The notes: generated from the letters alone by a model not told the origin. Shown: positions 14,201 to 27,589, counted from the first letter of the whole stretch. The stretch: DNA of 62,955 nt, filler included, from Octopus bimaculoides (GCF_001194135.2; 6 parts of 6 records of this genome joined end to end with filler, not necessarily neighbours in it), one strand, 5' to 3'. Numbers and translations are program-made.

Positions 14201-14317
<117 letters not shown>

Positions 14318-14608
14318 CNNNNNNNNNNNNNNNNNNNNNNNNNNNNNNNNNNNNNNNNNNNNNNNNNNNNNNNNNNNNNNNNNNNNNNNNNNNNNNNNNN
14401 NNNNNNNNNNNNNNNNNNNNNNNNNNNNTATATATATGTACGTATCTATCTATCTGCGAAGTAAAGTATCTTGTTTTGTTCAGCATTCTTTGAATCCTAA
14501 GAAGGCTCTTGTATGTATGTATGTACGTATATATGTATGTATGCATGCATGTATGTATGTATGTATGTATGTATGTATGTATGTATGTATGTACGAATGT
14601 ATGCATGT

Positions 14609-15072
14609 CATTATTCAGTTGGTTTTTTTTTCAAATTTTCTTGCCAATAGAGGAAGAGCAGGTTTCTAACCTAGATTCAAGGCTCCTTCATTGGAATTTC
14701 AATATCAGCAAGGTATTTTTGTATGAATATATACGTGCAGATTTGTAGGTGTTGTTTTATGTGTGTATTCTCATGCATATATTTGCATATCTAGACATGC
14801 TCATATATGCTTAAATGATAAATTTCTGGAAAGTTTTACAGATTTTTACAGTTCCAGTGATGGATTGAATCTGTAGTCTTCGAATTAGCTTTCTTCTTCC
14901 TTGTTTTGAGAAGCCAAATTTCTCAAGTTTGGTATTTAGGCAGTGTGTTACATATCCCATTACTCCAATAATTACAGGTATAAACCTGAATTTGTAATCC
15001 GGATAGAGTTACTGCAGCTTTCTCAATAGTTCAGAGTAGGTATTCTCGTTGTCACTGATCATCAGCTTTATG
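14609..15072 (-). mobile_element. R4/Dong-like element, 5'-truncated copy 2
   Basis: Clearly homologous to 7364-7810 (same cattattcag end and the same 3' UTR). Encodes ISDNENTYSELLRKLQ*LYPDYKFRFIPVIIGVMGYVTHCLNT...QIQSITGTVKICKTFQKFII. Flanked on both sides by (TATG)n. Confidence 0.88.
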
Positions 15073-15342
15073 TATGTATGTATGTATATATGTATGTATG
15101 TATGTATGTGTGTGTGTATGTGTGTATGTGTGTATGTATGTATGTATTTATGGTGGTATGTATCATATTTGTTTGTAACAATGCTAGATAGTTTGAAATA
15201 TCGATATGGCCTCCGGAGCTTGCTGACAGAGATTGATAAGATCTTAAAAATAAAAGGATGCTTTTTGAACTTGTAGCCGACTGTCACTCCCGTCTATGAT
15301 GCCTTCCCAAGCTGAAGTCTTTCTATTATTCTGTAAAAGATA

Positions 15343-15458
15343 TTTCCATTTTTGTCATGTAATTCACATTCTTGCAATGTAATTTCCATTTTTGTTATGT
15401 AATTTCCACTTCTGTTATGTAATTTTCATTTTTGTTATGTATTTGTATTATGTAATTC
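15343..15458. repeat. Minisatellite of about 21 bp, about 5 copies
   Basis: Repeating atgtaatttccatttttgtt-like unit. Confidence 0.7.
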
Positions 15459-15884
15459 AGGTATAATACTTTGTTAGGATTTCTTCTAACCTTATTGCAT
15501 CTTGGTCAGACATTTTTTTCTCACTACTGCTATATCTCCAGCATGAATCTTATCCTACTGAGAATATTTCCTCCGTTTTATATCGACTGTTCCTTGATCT
15601 CTCTCCAAATATTTGATTGATTTCCGAAGAATTTCCTGTTAAATGTTTTATTCGTTACGCATTGCATCAGATTTAATGGCCTTCAGTATATCAACGATCG
15701 TTTATTTTTTTATGATTGTTTTTCCTTCCATGATTTTTTTTTATTGTCTTCGTAAGTGGTTTAGAATTTTAGTATCTTCGAGAAACTGCTTAACAGCTGT
15801 GAAAAGGAAGTTTAATCAAGAGTTTATTTATAAAAAGACGTTGTTTAATTACGTAATTGTAAATAATCTCTGCCTATATCGTTA

Positions 15885-16262
15885 ACTGGAGGTTAGAGCA
15901 GCGGACTCGCGGCCATAGGGTCGCGGTTTCGATACCCAGACCGGGCATTGTGAGTGTTTATTGAGCGAAAACACCTAAAGCTCCACGAGGCTCCGGCAGG
16001 GGATGGTGGCGAACCCTGCTGTACTCTTTCACCACAACTTTCTCTCACTCTTACTTCCCGTTTCTGTTGTGCCTGTAATTCAAAGGGTTAGACTTGTCAC
16101 ACTGTGTCACTCTGAATATCCCCGAGAACTACGTTAAGGGTACACGTGTCTGTGGAGTGATCAGTCACTTGCACGTTAATTTCACGAGCAGGCTGTTCCG
16201 TTGATCGGATCAACTGGAACCCTCGACGTCGTAAGAGACGGAGTGCCAACAACAACAACAGC
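15885..16262 (+). mobile_element. tRNA-derived SINE family A
   Basis: Homologous over its full length to 34657-35050; ends in a (CAA)n tail. Confidence 0.85.
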
Positions 16263-16639
16263 AATATCGTTAACTACCTTCAAAATAATAGCAATATTAA
16301 TGCTACTTAAATTTGGATTGTCAGGCATTCGAAATTTTGTAGCTAATGAAACCTTTCTTGAACTATTCAACTTAGATCTGCTTATATTTTTCATTCCCCT
16401 TCTTTGTAGACGTGTCTTTTATCGTAAGTGTTACAATGGACCATGAAAGCTAGCATTAGGATATTTATAGTCATTTTTCGCATGAGTTGACATATTAAGT
16501 GCAACCGACTGCAACATATGCATAATCATAAGTTGTATTTGAAAGAACATGTTGCTAGCTATCTGTTGTAGAGTTCATACTTCTCGGAATGAAATGCTTA
16601 TAGTCTACTCTGCTTTTTGTTGAAAGATATTGCTTGTTA

Positions 16640-16720
16640 GTGAAAGTATGTGGCTCAGTGGTTAAGGTATTAGGCTCGTGATCATAAGGTCATGAGTTCG
16701 ATTCCCGGTAGCGCGTTTTG
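16640..16720 (+). mobile_element. tRNA-like SINE head fragment (family A-related)
   Basis: gtgaaagtatgtggctcagtggttaagg...gagttcgattccc carries A and B boxes; the body is missing. Confidence 0.6.
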
Positions 16721-16972
16721 TAGCAATCACAAGCTACGCACTTTCCTTCTTCCAAACACTGCTGGAAACAGCTGAAGTGAGCTAGAACATTAAAATTAGT
16801 GTGAATACAGAGCAGAGTTCAGGGTCAATCTGTGCCAAGCGGTTTTACACTGCATGGTATAGCCTCGTTACTATGGCAACAGTCTGCATATTTATTGATC
16901 AGACCCCTTATATATATATGTATGTATGTATGTATGGACATATGTATGCATGTATGTATGTATGTATGTATG

Positions 16973-17013
<41 letters not shown>

Positions 17014-17057
17014 NNNNNNNNNNNNNNNNNNNNNNNNNNNNNNNNNNNNNNNNNNNN

Positions 17058-17069
17058 TTAATTAATTAA
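17058..17069. other. Artificial TTAATTAATTAA gap spacer (assembly artefact)
   Basis: The same 12-mer is centred in a 100-bp N block (44+12+44) here. It recurs within N blocks at 31338-31349, 47588-47599, 51372-51383 and 54436-54447. Confidence 0.95.
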
Positions 17070-17961
17070 NNNNNNNNNNNNNNNNNNNNNNNNNNNNNNN
17101 NNNNNNNNNNNNNTATATATATATATATATATTACATATACGGGCCTACATACATACATACATACATACATACATACATACATACATACAAACATACATA
17201 CATACATACATACAAACATACATACATACATACATACTGCATTTATATATGCATCAAACTAAACATACAGAGACAACGACAACAATGAATCCTTATTGCT
17301 TTAGCTTTTTCGTTATCAGCCAGGCATCTGCACATAATGTAATCGAGAAACATCAAGGGAGAGTTGCACAAATAACGCAGAAAAGCTAATTTGAAAACTG
17401 ACAACAGCAGCAAAACCAACCGAAAATTACAAAATAAGAATATTTGGTTAGCTTGAATAAAAATAAATAAATAAATAACGGGATGAATATAAAAATAGAA
17501 CCAATGTAAAACAAAAAGTATAAAAACAAGTTTGAAGAGTACTCTACTGCACAGGAAAATGCCAACAATGATCGGTTGTATAATTTCCAACAACAGCTCC
17601 TGAATATTCTCAACCCGTTTATTTATATAGACACACAAACACGTGCACACAAAGACACACATACGCACACACACACAAGCGCACACGCACACGCACGCAT
17701 CCACACACTCTCACACACGTATATATGTTATGTGTATTTATATATATACACGCGCGCTTTGAAATATATATTGATATATTAAAATCTATATCGTGATATT
17801 TTATCATTATCAGATATAAGATTAATTTCTTTATACAAGCCTTAAGGATAGACTGTACAAATAAGAGAATAATCAATACACTAGACCGGGATATACTACA
17901 GGTACTCAGTTTAACGACCTATGGTTTACTAAAAATATATTGGGTTTTGTAGGATCTAAAG

Positions 17962-18230
17962 CAGTAGTTGCCAAACTTTTCGAGCTACCATCCCTTGACA
18001 CCCAGGCCACATTCCTCGCGCACCATCCCGACTAACTACCACAAACATAGACCTCTTTCTGAAGCAAATTCAAAGCAAGTGTATTTCACAAATAAAACTT
18101 AACCTAATGAACCCATTATTTTGCTGTTTTTACATGAATTGCTACCACATTATCGCCCCACTTTTCTTCAACGCCCCTTTAGAACTTTCCACCGCCCCCA
18201 GGGGGTAATACCGCCACTTTGGGAACCATG
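17962..18230. mobile_element. hAT (Charlie-like) MITE
   Basis: Ends cagtagttgccaaact and tttgggaaccatg resemble CAGTGGTTCCCAAACT-type TIRs. No TSD recovered. Confidence 0.45.
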
Positions 18231-18984
18231 CGAAGACTGAAAGTTGACGGAGTATATTCTCTGGCAATGTTAAGTGCTTTTAGATCGCTGTCTATTTTTT
18301 ATTGCAATCTCACTAATCTACAAGTGTTCTTTGCGATAATGACTGTTGTTTTTAAACCAGCAATAGTATCAGTAATTTCAGAAATGGATAAAACAAGGCA
18401 AGTATATTTCCTTGGTTTTTCAAGCTACTGTTACTATCTATCGGCCGCATCTTCAGACAGAAGCGTCTCCGTTTTTCAGTTTTACCGTACATTAATAAAA
18501 CTTGTCTCTATAATGCATGCGAGTGAATTAGAAAGACGCTAAAGAATGAAGACAGGAAATTTTATGAACCAATAACGGAGCCTCTAGCACGCTAGCGAGT
18601 ACATTTCTAGCGAGTTTACTAGATGAAAACTAGGGAGCTTCACGCAGTCGCCAGACCTTCGGGAAAAGCCGTCAGATTTCCCTCATTTCACACCTTATTC
18701 TTAAAGATAGAATGCATTAGATAATGTTATCATAGAAACACGGGAAACGCATTGTTGGAATGATTTGTGGTCATATGGTTATTCAGTCACGACTGACTTA
18801 GAACTAAACGTATGAGAAATTAACAAACGCTAACTTGCAACTTGATAGAAAAATTTTTTTTTTAAATAAACAGACCATAACCAACACTCGCAAGTGAATA
18901 TGCTCTGGTAGTGGGTTCTATGCTTTCACATAGACACTCTCTTGGTGTTACTGAGGTTGTGAGAGCTGGTGAGAGAAATGGCTA

Positions 18985-19133
18985 CAATAGCAGTTGACTG
19001 GTTCACATTTTCAACTGAGTGAATTAAAGTCACAGGAAATGAATCGCCTTGCTCAAAGACACAGTGTACCCCTCGGTTCACGTCTTTATAATCCAGAAAC
19101 CATTACCCTAATCACTAAGCCGCACACCTTCAC
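18985..19133 (-). mobile_element. Old SINE fragment (family A-related head)
   Basis: ...cttgctcaaagacac...cactaagccgcacaccttcac is the reverse complement of a gtgaaggtg-type head, as seen at 33570 and 36079. Confidence 0.55.
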
Positions 19134-19649
19134 CAACATGCAAGAATTTAAGGGAAAAAACTTTTAAATCGAAATGCTTCATCTTCAAAACGTAATTTTT
19201 ACCTTCGAATATAAAGCGCTTGAATAAAAGACAAGAGAGGCATGACTGGAATGTTTCTGAACGAATATAAACTCGATTAGGGCTGATCAGAAGCTACTAA
19301 CAAACGCATCTGCAGAAAATCGTTAATTCCGCATCAAGTTTCAGATCCAATTTTATGGCGAAGAGAAATACCACGAAGAGCACTGTGCATACTAAATATA
19401 AATACAGTAAGATCTCGCAGATGTAATGTAGTGATTTGATAAACTTCTATCAATGGATGGAAATTAGTAGATAAAACTTTCTAGGTGCATCTAAATCTTT
19501 TAAACAAACAAAAAAGCAAGGATGATAACTCTAATAAGATCAGATGAGAGAAATTTTAGATAATGTAGACAACTGAAATGGATGTATGTTTGTGTGTAGG
19601 AGGCACCGTAATAAATATATTATTATTATTAGTTATTTTATCTTCACTG

Positions 19650-20400
19650 GACGAATGGTAGCAGACAATATCGAGCCTGGAAGAATTTAATAGTTTAAGT
19701 TACTATTCGAAAGACATTTCAGTCGTTGATCAGCTGCAACTTTCCATTAGCAAAAGGTCCTTCCACCCTCTTGGATGCAGGGTTGTAACACTAAATATTG
19801 GGAAGATTAATGTGCGTTTGGGAGAATGGGACCAAACTAGGTAAGAATTACAATATTCCAGTTTAAAACAAAACTAAGTAAACGTTTTCTAATTTTCAGT
19901 GAATTACTTGGTAGACTTTATGATATATTATTGGACCAGTTGCTCCTCATTGGTTGCCTGCAAAGCACTGATTTATATTTTTGTGAGGGATTTTTGGGTG
20001 GAGTTGCAGGATTTAGGCCTAATGCGCTGTTAGTTTAACATTAGCATCGTCTTCCTTGGAAACGTAAACAGAATTCAGGTTTGTTCCTGGTTTAACACTA
20101 CCAAGTGGCACCTAGGGTTTTTAGCAGAATCCATTCTGTTGTAAGCATTCAGCCGGGAGTTTCCGGTGAACAGATATTTACTTTCCATCCTACCAATCTC
20201 GGAGGTCCTGAAACGTGTCATGAGCTCTGCTTTTTCTTTTGATGGAAAGATAAAGAAAACAAAAACTGCAGGTTCTTTCTTCACTCATGTTGTTCTTACA
20301 GACATTTACGTGCTGATGTTCAAACTGAGCGTCGTCAGCCTCAAACACAATGGATACAGATGCACAGTGTTTAGTATCAAGGTGATAAATGTATGAAGAA
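19650..20400 (+). mobile_element. BEL/Pao LTR retrotransposon remnant (RT connection/RNase H), with stops and a frameshift
   Basis: Plus-strand translation: SFHPLGCRVVTLNIGK...RLGEWD (compare FDPLG..P.TL.AK...LGWD), LYFCEGFLGGVAGFR (compare LH.FCDAS..AYGAVAYLR), QVAP (compare RVAP) and PQTQW...YQGD (compare P.QW..V....NPAD), in the expected order and spacing. Confidence 0.62.
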
Positions 20401-20625
20401 ATGTTTTGACACATTGTACATAATAATACTATTGTAGCTTTGAACTAAAGTGAGTGTAACAGCGTGTGTTAGATTCACTTCTATTGTGACTTTATGACTT
20501 TTCAACAATGTCATTGTTTCAGTTTTAACACACACGATTTCAGATCGTCACTTGCCAAACAAGCATAACTACGAATATATGTGAGGATGTATATAAGTGT
20601 GAAGGTGTATGTGAAAGAGACAGTG

Positions 20626-20665
<40 letters not shown>

Positions 20666-20889
20666 ACACACACACACGCAGAGTGAGACACAGAGAGAGT
20701 GAGACACAGAGAGAGTGAGACACAGAGAGAGAGAGAGAGAGAGAGAGTGAGACACAAAGAGAGAGAGAGTGAGACACAAAGAGAGAGAGAGTGAGACACA
20801 CAGAGAGACAGAGAAGGAGTGTGTGGTTGTGTATGTGTTTAAGAATATGCATAGCAGAAATATTATATAAATAGAAATACTATATATGC

Positions 20890-20936
<47 letters not shown>

Positions 20937-21104
20937 ACGCACGCACACACACGTACACACGTATACTCACGGATACGCACACACACACTAAAACTAACTT
21001 ACATAATACATGAATACATATGCTCACGCATGTATATGTAAACACTTATATACCTATATATATCAACACATCCAATATATGCATACATACATACATACAT
21101 ACAT

Positions 21105-21135
<31 letters not shown>

Positions 21136-22317
21136 TATATACATACATACATTCTTCCATTTCTGTATAGTACATAGATGCATAGTCATAGATATCAGCG
21201 AATATTGAGACACAGAGAGGTAGGAAGAGATTTAGAATTTCCTATATGTGTGCGTTTATATGAATGTATATACATTAATGTACATATGCATATAATAAAA
21301 ATGCGTTGTGAGTGTGCATAGACGTATACAAATACTTGGCAATACAATTCTGCGTAGTAATAAATTTATAGATATTCATGGAGTCATACTGAAGCTATAG
21401 CTTAATTATGTAACATATTTTGATACATGCGTAACTCAGCATGAGTGAGTGTCTGTATATGTGTATGTACTTTCCGTGTAGGCCTACGAGTGTGGGTGTA
21501 TATATACATATATATTTATACGTATATGTATATACGTATATATGTATATATGTGTTTGTGACGACAGACGGTGTAAATGTGTACATGTATATGTGTGTAT
21601 ATATGTTAGGGTATTGTAGTATATGGCTCAGAGAATTCGTTCAACTGTGTTCTTATTTGTGTACGTATGCCATATTCAGCGATATTCTTTTGACTGAATG
21701 TCTCCACAAAATGAAAGAACAATAGTTTATAATTTTTGCTGAGAGCACGTACTTTATACGGCTTGTTATATCATTCACGTGAAGCTTCCAGTCATTCTCA
21801 TTGAATGCATAACATTTATTTATTTATTCATTTATTTATTTACTTATTAATCTATTCACTCATTTGTTTATTCATTTACTTATTCATTGTGCCTATCATC
21901 TCTTCTTCGCATTTTTATTGCATTTTATATCGAAATGTAAAGGTTATTTCTAATGAAGTTCATAAAAAAATTATCAACCCTAAGCACTATTTCCTAAGCA
22001 CAGAAATACACACACGTGCACACACCCACACACACACACACAGACACAAACACACACACATATATGCACCAACGTACATGCTATCACGCACAGATTTACA
22101 CATGCGCCTGCGGGAACTGAGATACACGTCAAGAAATGCGTGGGTGAATTGTTTTCATTATCCAAATCGATTGATATTTACAAACAGGCTACTCAGGAAA
22201 ACAAGGTTAAGTCTATGCTTCACTGATGGGCCTAAAATAAAAACGAAACATGTCATGTCAGTGCCGTCGCCATTACTTAGCGCAAAAGATTTATACAAAC
22301 ACATACGTGTATGTGTA

Positions 22318-22953
22318 TGGGATCTATTTCAAAACGGGGGCACCAGTTTTCATTTATGTTTTATGTAGTGTTTTTGGTACCGAAAGACTTTCAAACTTCG
22401 TATACTTATCTATTTTGTGTTATAGAACAGAAAAAAATGTTTGTATTCGAATTTATTTCATGTAAAAAATTGTCTTATTTCGATAATTTCTACTAATCAC
22501 TGACGTCTATTCAGTTGAAAACAGTTAGCGCTGTAACGGTGTATATCGTATTAATCCCCTAACCCTAACCCTAACCCTAACCCTAACCCTAAAACTAACC
22601 CTAACTCTAGAATCCGAACTCTAAAATTGTTACACACATAGATACGCACAGCGTAATTTATTATATAAACAATATATGCGTATAAATTACGATTAAACCG
22701 GATGAAATATGTCACAGGGAATAACATTTTTATGACCGGCCAGCAGTAACTCTATTCAGCTGAATAGACGTCAGTGATTGGTTGAAATTACAGAAATATG
22801 ACAACTTTAACATGGAATAACTTGCGATGTACGTTTTTTTGTTAAGAAGACTAAGAGTAAAAGATGTTTTATATGACACATTCTACCAGTGTCCCAAGTT
22901 TCAAAGTGTTTCGTTAAGAAAATACTGGTGCCCCCGTTTTGAACTAGATCCTG
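22318..22953. mobile_element. Foldback/MITE with long imperfect TIRs (about 200 bp) and internal (CCCTAA)n
   Basis: Outer IR ggatctatttcaaaacgggggcaccagt versus actggtgcccccgttttgaactagatcc. Inner IR aatcactgacgtctattcagttgaa (22495) versus ttcagctgaatagacgtcagtgatt (22755). Arms also align between these blocks. Confidence 0.8.
22557..22606. repeat. Interstitial telomeric-type (CCCTAA)n array, about 8 units
   Basis: ccctaaccctaaccctaaccctaaccctaaccctaa aactaaccctaactcta. Confidence 0.9.
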
Positions 22954-22990
22954 TGTATGTATGTTATGTAGATATATATGTATATATATG

Positions 22991-23037
<47 letters not shown>

Positions 23038-23344
23038 ATATATAGTGTCGACGTAGGTATTGCTTCTTTTCTGAGATCCCGTTCAAATTTGATCAAAATT
23101 CTTTCTAAATTTTTATCTAGCTATTCCAAATAAAAGAGGGCAAATGTCACGCACTGTTGTAGAGGTCACTTGCCTCGCAGATCTGAATATGTTCTCTAAA
23201 GTTGTTCAAATACAGGACAAACATATTGATAGTGGCAATGGTGTGCATAACAACATTATTACATAATAGTCTCGAGACGCCTAATGTTTGCCGAGAAAGA
23301 ACAAGATAAACAGACCCGCGTCTTCCAAAATCCAATTGATTAAT

Positions 23345-23555
23345 CGAGAAGTAGTGCGCTGGTTGTCAACCAGTAGTCAGCTTTCCCTGCTGATCGTCAA
23401 CCAGTGGTCAGCTGGTCAACCGGCTGGTCAACATGTCTTTGTTTACATCAATTCGACAATTTCCGTAAAGAAAGAGGGAAAGGGCGTTAGTCAGCGCCAG
23501 CAGGTAGCAGACAGCAGGGACTCGCTTTCTCTCTCTCTCTCTCTCTCGCTTTCTC

Positions 23556-23598
<43 letters not shown>

Positions 23599-23705
23599 GT
23601 CTCTCTCTGTCTCTCTCTGTCTCTCTCTGTCTCTCTCTTAAAAACGCATGTCACTTATCTCTCTCTCTCTCTCTCTCTCTCTTAAAAGAAAATATCACTT
23701 ATCAC

Positions 23706-23752
<47 letters not shown>

Positions 23753-24420
23753 NNNNNNNNNNNNNNNNNNNNNNNNNNNNNNNNNNNNNNNNNNNNNNNN
23801 NNNNNNNNNNNNNNNNNNNNNNNNNNNNNNNNNNNNNNNNNNNNNNNNNNNNNNNNNNNNNNNNNNNNNNNNNNNNNNNNNNNNNNNNNNNNNNNNNNNN
23901 NNNNNNNNNNNNNNNNNNNNNNNNNNNNNNNNNNNNNNNNNNNNNNNNNNNNNNNNNNNNNNNNNNNNNNNNNNNNNNNNNNNNNNNNNNNNNNNNNNNN
24001 NNNNNNNNNNNNNNNNNNNNNNNNNNNNNNNNNNNNNNNNNNNNNNNNNNNNNNNNNNNNNNNNNNNNNNNNNNNNNNNNNNNNNNNNNNNNNNNNNNNN
24101 NNNNNNNNNNNNNNNNNNNNNNNNNNNNNNNNNNNNNNNNNNNNNNNNNNNNNNNNNNNNNNNNNNNNNNNNNNNNNNNNNNNNNNNNNNNNNNNNNNNN
24201 NNNNNNNNNNNNNNNNNNNNNNNNNNNNNNNNNNNNNNNNNNNNNNNNNNNNNNNNNNNNNNNNNNNNNNNNNNNNNNNNNNNNNNNNNNNNNNNNNNNN
24301 NNNNNNNNNNNNNNNNNNNNNNNNNNNNNNNNNNNNNNNNNNNNNNNNNNNNNNNNNNNNNNNNNNNNNNNNNNNNNNNNNNNNNNNNNNNNNNNNNNNN
24401 NNNNNNNNNNNNNNNNNNNN

Positions 24421-24482
<62 letters not shown>

Positions 24483-24599
24483 ACACATGTCACTTATCAC
24501 TCGCCCTTTCCTTCTTTCTTTACGAAAATTGCCGAATTAACGTAAACAAAGACATGTTGACCAGCTGACTACTGGTTGACAATCAGCGCACTACTATCG
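23345..24599. mobile_element. Inverted-repeat element (MITE-like) enclosing a (CT)n-rich core and an N-gap
   Basis: Left arm cgagaagtagtgcgctggttgtcaaccagtagtcagct...ggtcaacatgtctttgtttac...gaaagggcg is the inverse of 24503-24599 (cgccctttcc...gtaaacaaagacatgttgaccagctgactactggttgacaatcagcgcactactatcg). Confidence 0.8.
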
Positions 24600-25257
24600 A
24601 ATGATCGCCGAGATTCGTAAAATATTCTAAAAATTCTCCATTTGAATTTCGTAGAATGAAAATATATAAATCACATATTTGCACATACTACACACACTCA
24701 TATATATATATTATACCCATTTAATGAGTGCAAGTATATTGACACATACACCCGCATAACTCGCATTTACATTCTAATAAATCCTTCCAACTGTCTTGAC
24801 TCAAACAATGAAACCTTCTCACTTCGGTGGTGATCAACTTGAATTCTATGTCAAAGAACATCAAAGTATCACAAAGATATACATATATCGACAGAGACTT
24901 ATATATGTGTCTATATAAATGTATACGCAGAAACACACACACACACATACACACATACACACACATACACACATGTATGTAGAGCCATCCTTTGACGTAG
25001 ACTACTACTACCTACTACAAAGAACTCACATGAGTAAAAAAGAGAGACAGAGACAGACAGACAGAAGAAAAGAAAATGTTCCTTGTATTTGAAAACTATG
25101 GAAATATTTTTTCATTTAATTTTTCCACAATTTAATTGTTTTTCATGCTTCACTCTAAGTTGAAAAAGTTGCAAAGACTGAAATCGGTACTAAAATATTC
25201 TTCATGATAAAATTATTTTAGCATTTTCTACCTTGTCTTATGTTTCTTATATCTATA

Positions 25258-25295
<38 letters not shown>

Positions 25296-25541
25296 TGCAT
25301 ATAGATGCACGCACATATGTATGTATGTGCGTATGTGGTACAGAATCTTCACACATTTACCAATGAGCAGTGGGAATAAAAACATGAATATGTCGGTTTA
25401 TATACATATGCGTACACAAATACATACACGTATACACACACAGGTAAATATATATTTTTATATACACATATGCTTATATATGTATATATACATATATATA
25501 TAAATATACATATATATATATGCATACATATATATACATAC

Positions 25542-25611
<70 letters not shown>

Positions 25612-27424
25612 GTGTGTGTGTGTATATATCTATATATATATATATATATATATAAACCGACATTTTTATATAATGAAAGTACGTAGCGGAGAAAGAAAAG
25701 ATCGAGGAAAAGTATGTTTGAAAAGCATAAGAACCAATCAACGTATAGCTTTATCAACTCTGTCATTCAGCTATCGTTCTTAGCATGACATCAATGCAAT
25801 TCTCTTTTACGCTATAGAATACAATACCATGAAATACAATACAAAACTACATGCTATATTATACATCGTGCAACACAATACAACCAAGCAAATGATTTTA
25901 GTTTTGAACTGCTAAGGAAATTATGTGCAAATAGATTAAGGACATTTTTCAATAGTATTAACCCTGATGCAACCGAGAGTATTCAATTGAGAAAGATGTC
26001 ATCGATCAAGAGACAATAGATATTTCGGCCTCGAGGCGTAAGCTTCCTTCTTCTTTTACCTCGGTAGTTAGGTTTCTTTTAGTTCCTTCGAATTAGTTAA
26101 TAATCTATCCTTTAATCCATAACACTGATGCATGTACGTGCAACCCATTCCAATATGTGTGAAATGTATCAAANNNNNNNNNNNNNNNNNNNNNNNNNNN
26201 NNNNNNNNNNNNNNNNNNNNNNNNNNNNNNNNNNNNNNNNNNNNNNNNNNNNNNNNNNNNNNNNNNNNNNNNNNNNNNNNNNNNNNNNNNNNNNNNNNNN
26301 NNNNNNNNNNNNNNNNNNNNNNNNNNNNNNNNNNNNNNNNNNNNNNNNNNNNNNNNNNNNNNNNNNNNNNNNNNNNNNNNNNNNNNNNNNNNNNNNNNNN
26401 NNNNNNNNNNNNNNNNNNNNNNNNNNNNNNNNNNNNNNNNNNNNNNNNNNNNNNNNNNNNNNNNNNNNNNNNNNNNNNNNNNNNNNNNNNNNNNNNNNAT
26501 ATATATATATAACCATAACACTGATGCATTTACGTGCAACTCATTCCAATATGTGTGAAATGTATCAAACAAATATATATACACATACATATATATGTAT
26601 ATATGCCTTACGTATGTGTGTGTAAATGTTTATGCTCTTATATATGTGTGCGTCTGTGTGTGTATGTACCCACACATATACGTACGTGTAATATATACTT
26701 ACATAATTACATAATAGATACATAAATGCATTTATATATACGCACACATGCACACACACACGTGCGCATGCACATACACGTGCATGCACATACCCACACG
26801 TACGTATGTATATACGTATGTAGAGTTTGCGACATTTGCATTTTTACGCAATATATATTTATGTGTGTGTGTGAGTGGCGTTGAGTGTGTGAGAGTTGAG
26901 TGTGTGTGAGGGAGAGACTGGGTACGTTTGTGTGAGAGTCTGTGCATTTATGTATGTATGTATGTATGTGTGGGTAGGTGTATGTAGTGTACACGTGATC
27001 ATGAGGTTTCGAGCTGAACCAACCCTTATAAGGGAGACCCAGTGTGCGGCGATTGTATGTAACCTGTTTTAATGGCTGTACTTATGAATAAAAGGGTCAG
27101 CTCTGTTATATATTGAGTCACACTGATTCAGCCTCGGGATTATATTAAACCTAAATGCTTCTGTTGAACATTGAGCCAATCGCACGCTAATTATATGAGT
27201 AGAGTAGTTCAGTTAGTGAAACAAATTGAAATATCCTTCATTGAAACTGATGGAAATCCATTTACTCTGGTGTCTCTTTGTGTGCAGTTGTGAGGGCAAT
27301 CGTATTTTTACTTTGATGCAGAAGATATGATGATCTAAGTGAGTGAGAGGTCGACGTGCGTATGCACGCACTCACACACGCACACAGACCCACACAAATA
27401 TATACACATACATAGATACTTACA

Positions 27425-27468
<44 letters not shown>

Positions 27469-27540
27469 TAAGCGTTATTTGCGTTTGCTTTTCATATATA
27501 TACATACACATATACACGTATAGTTGTAGACACACAGACA

Positions 27541-27589
<49 letters not shown>

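Noticed and set aside
17058-17069. TTAATTAATTAA as a recurrent biological motif
   Set aside because: It always sits inside N blocks and encodes stops in all six frames, which marks it as an assembly spacer.
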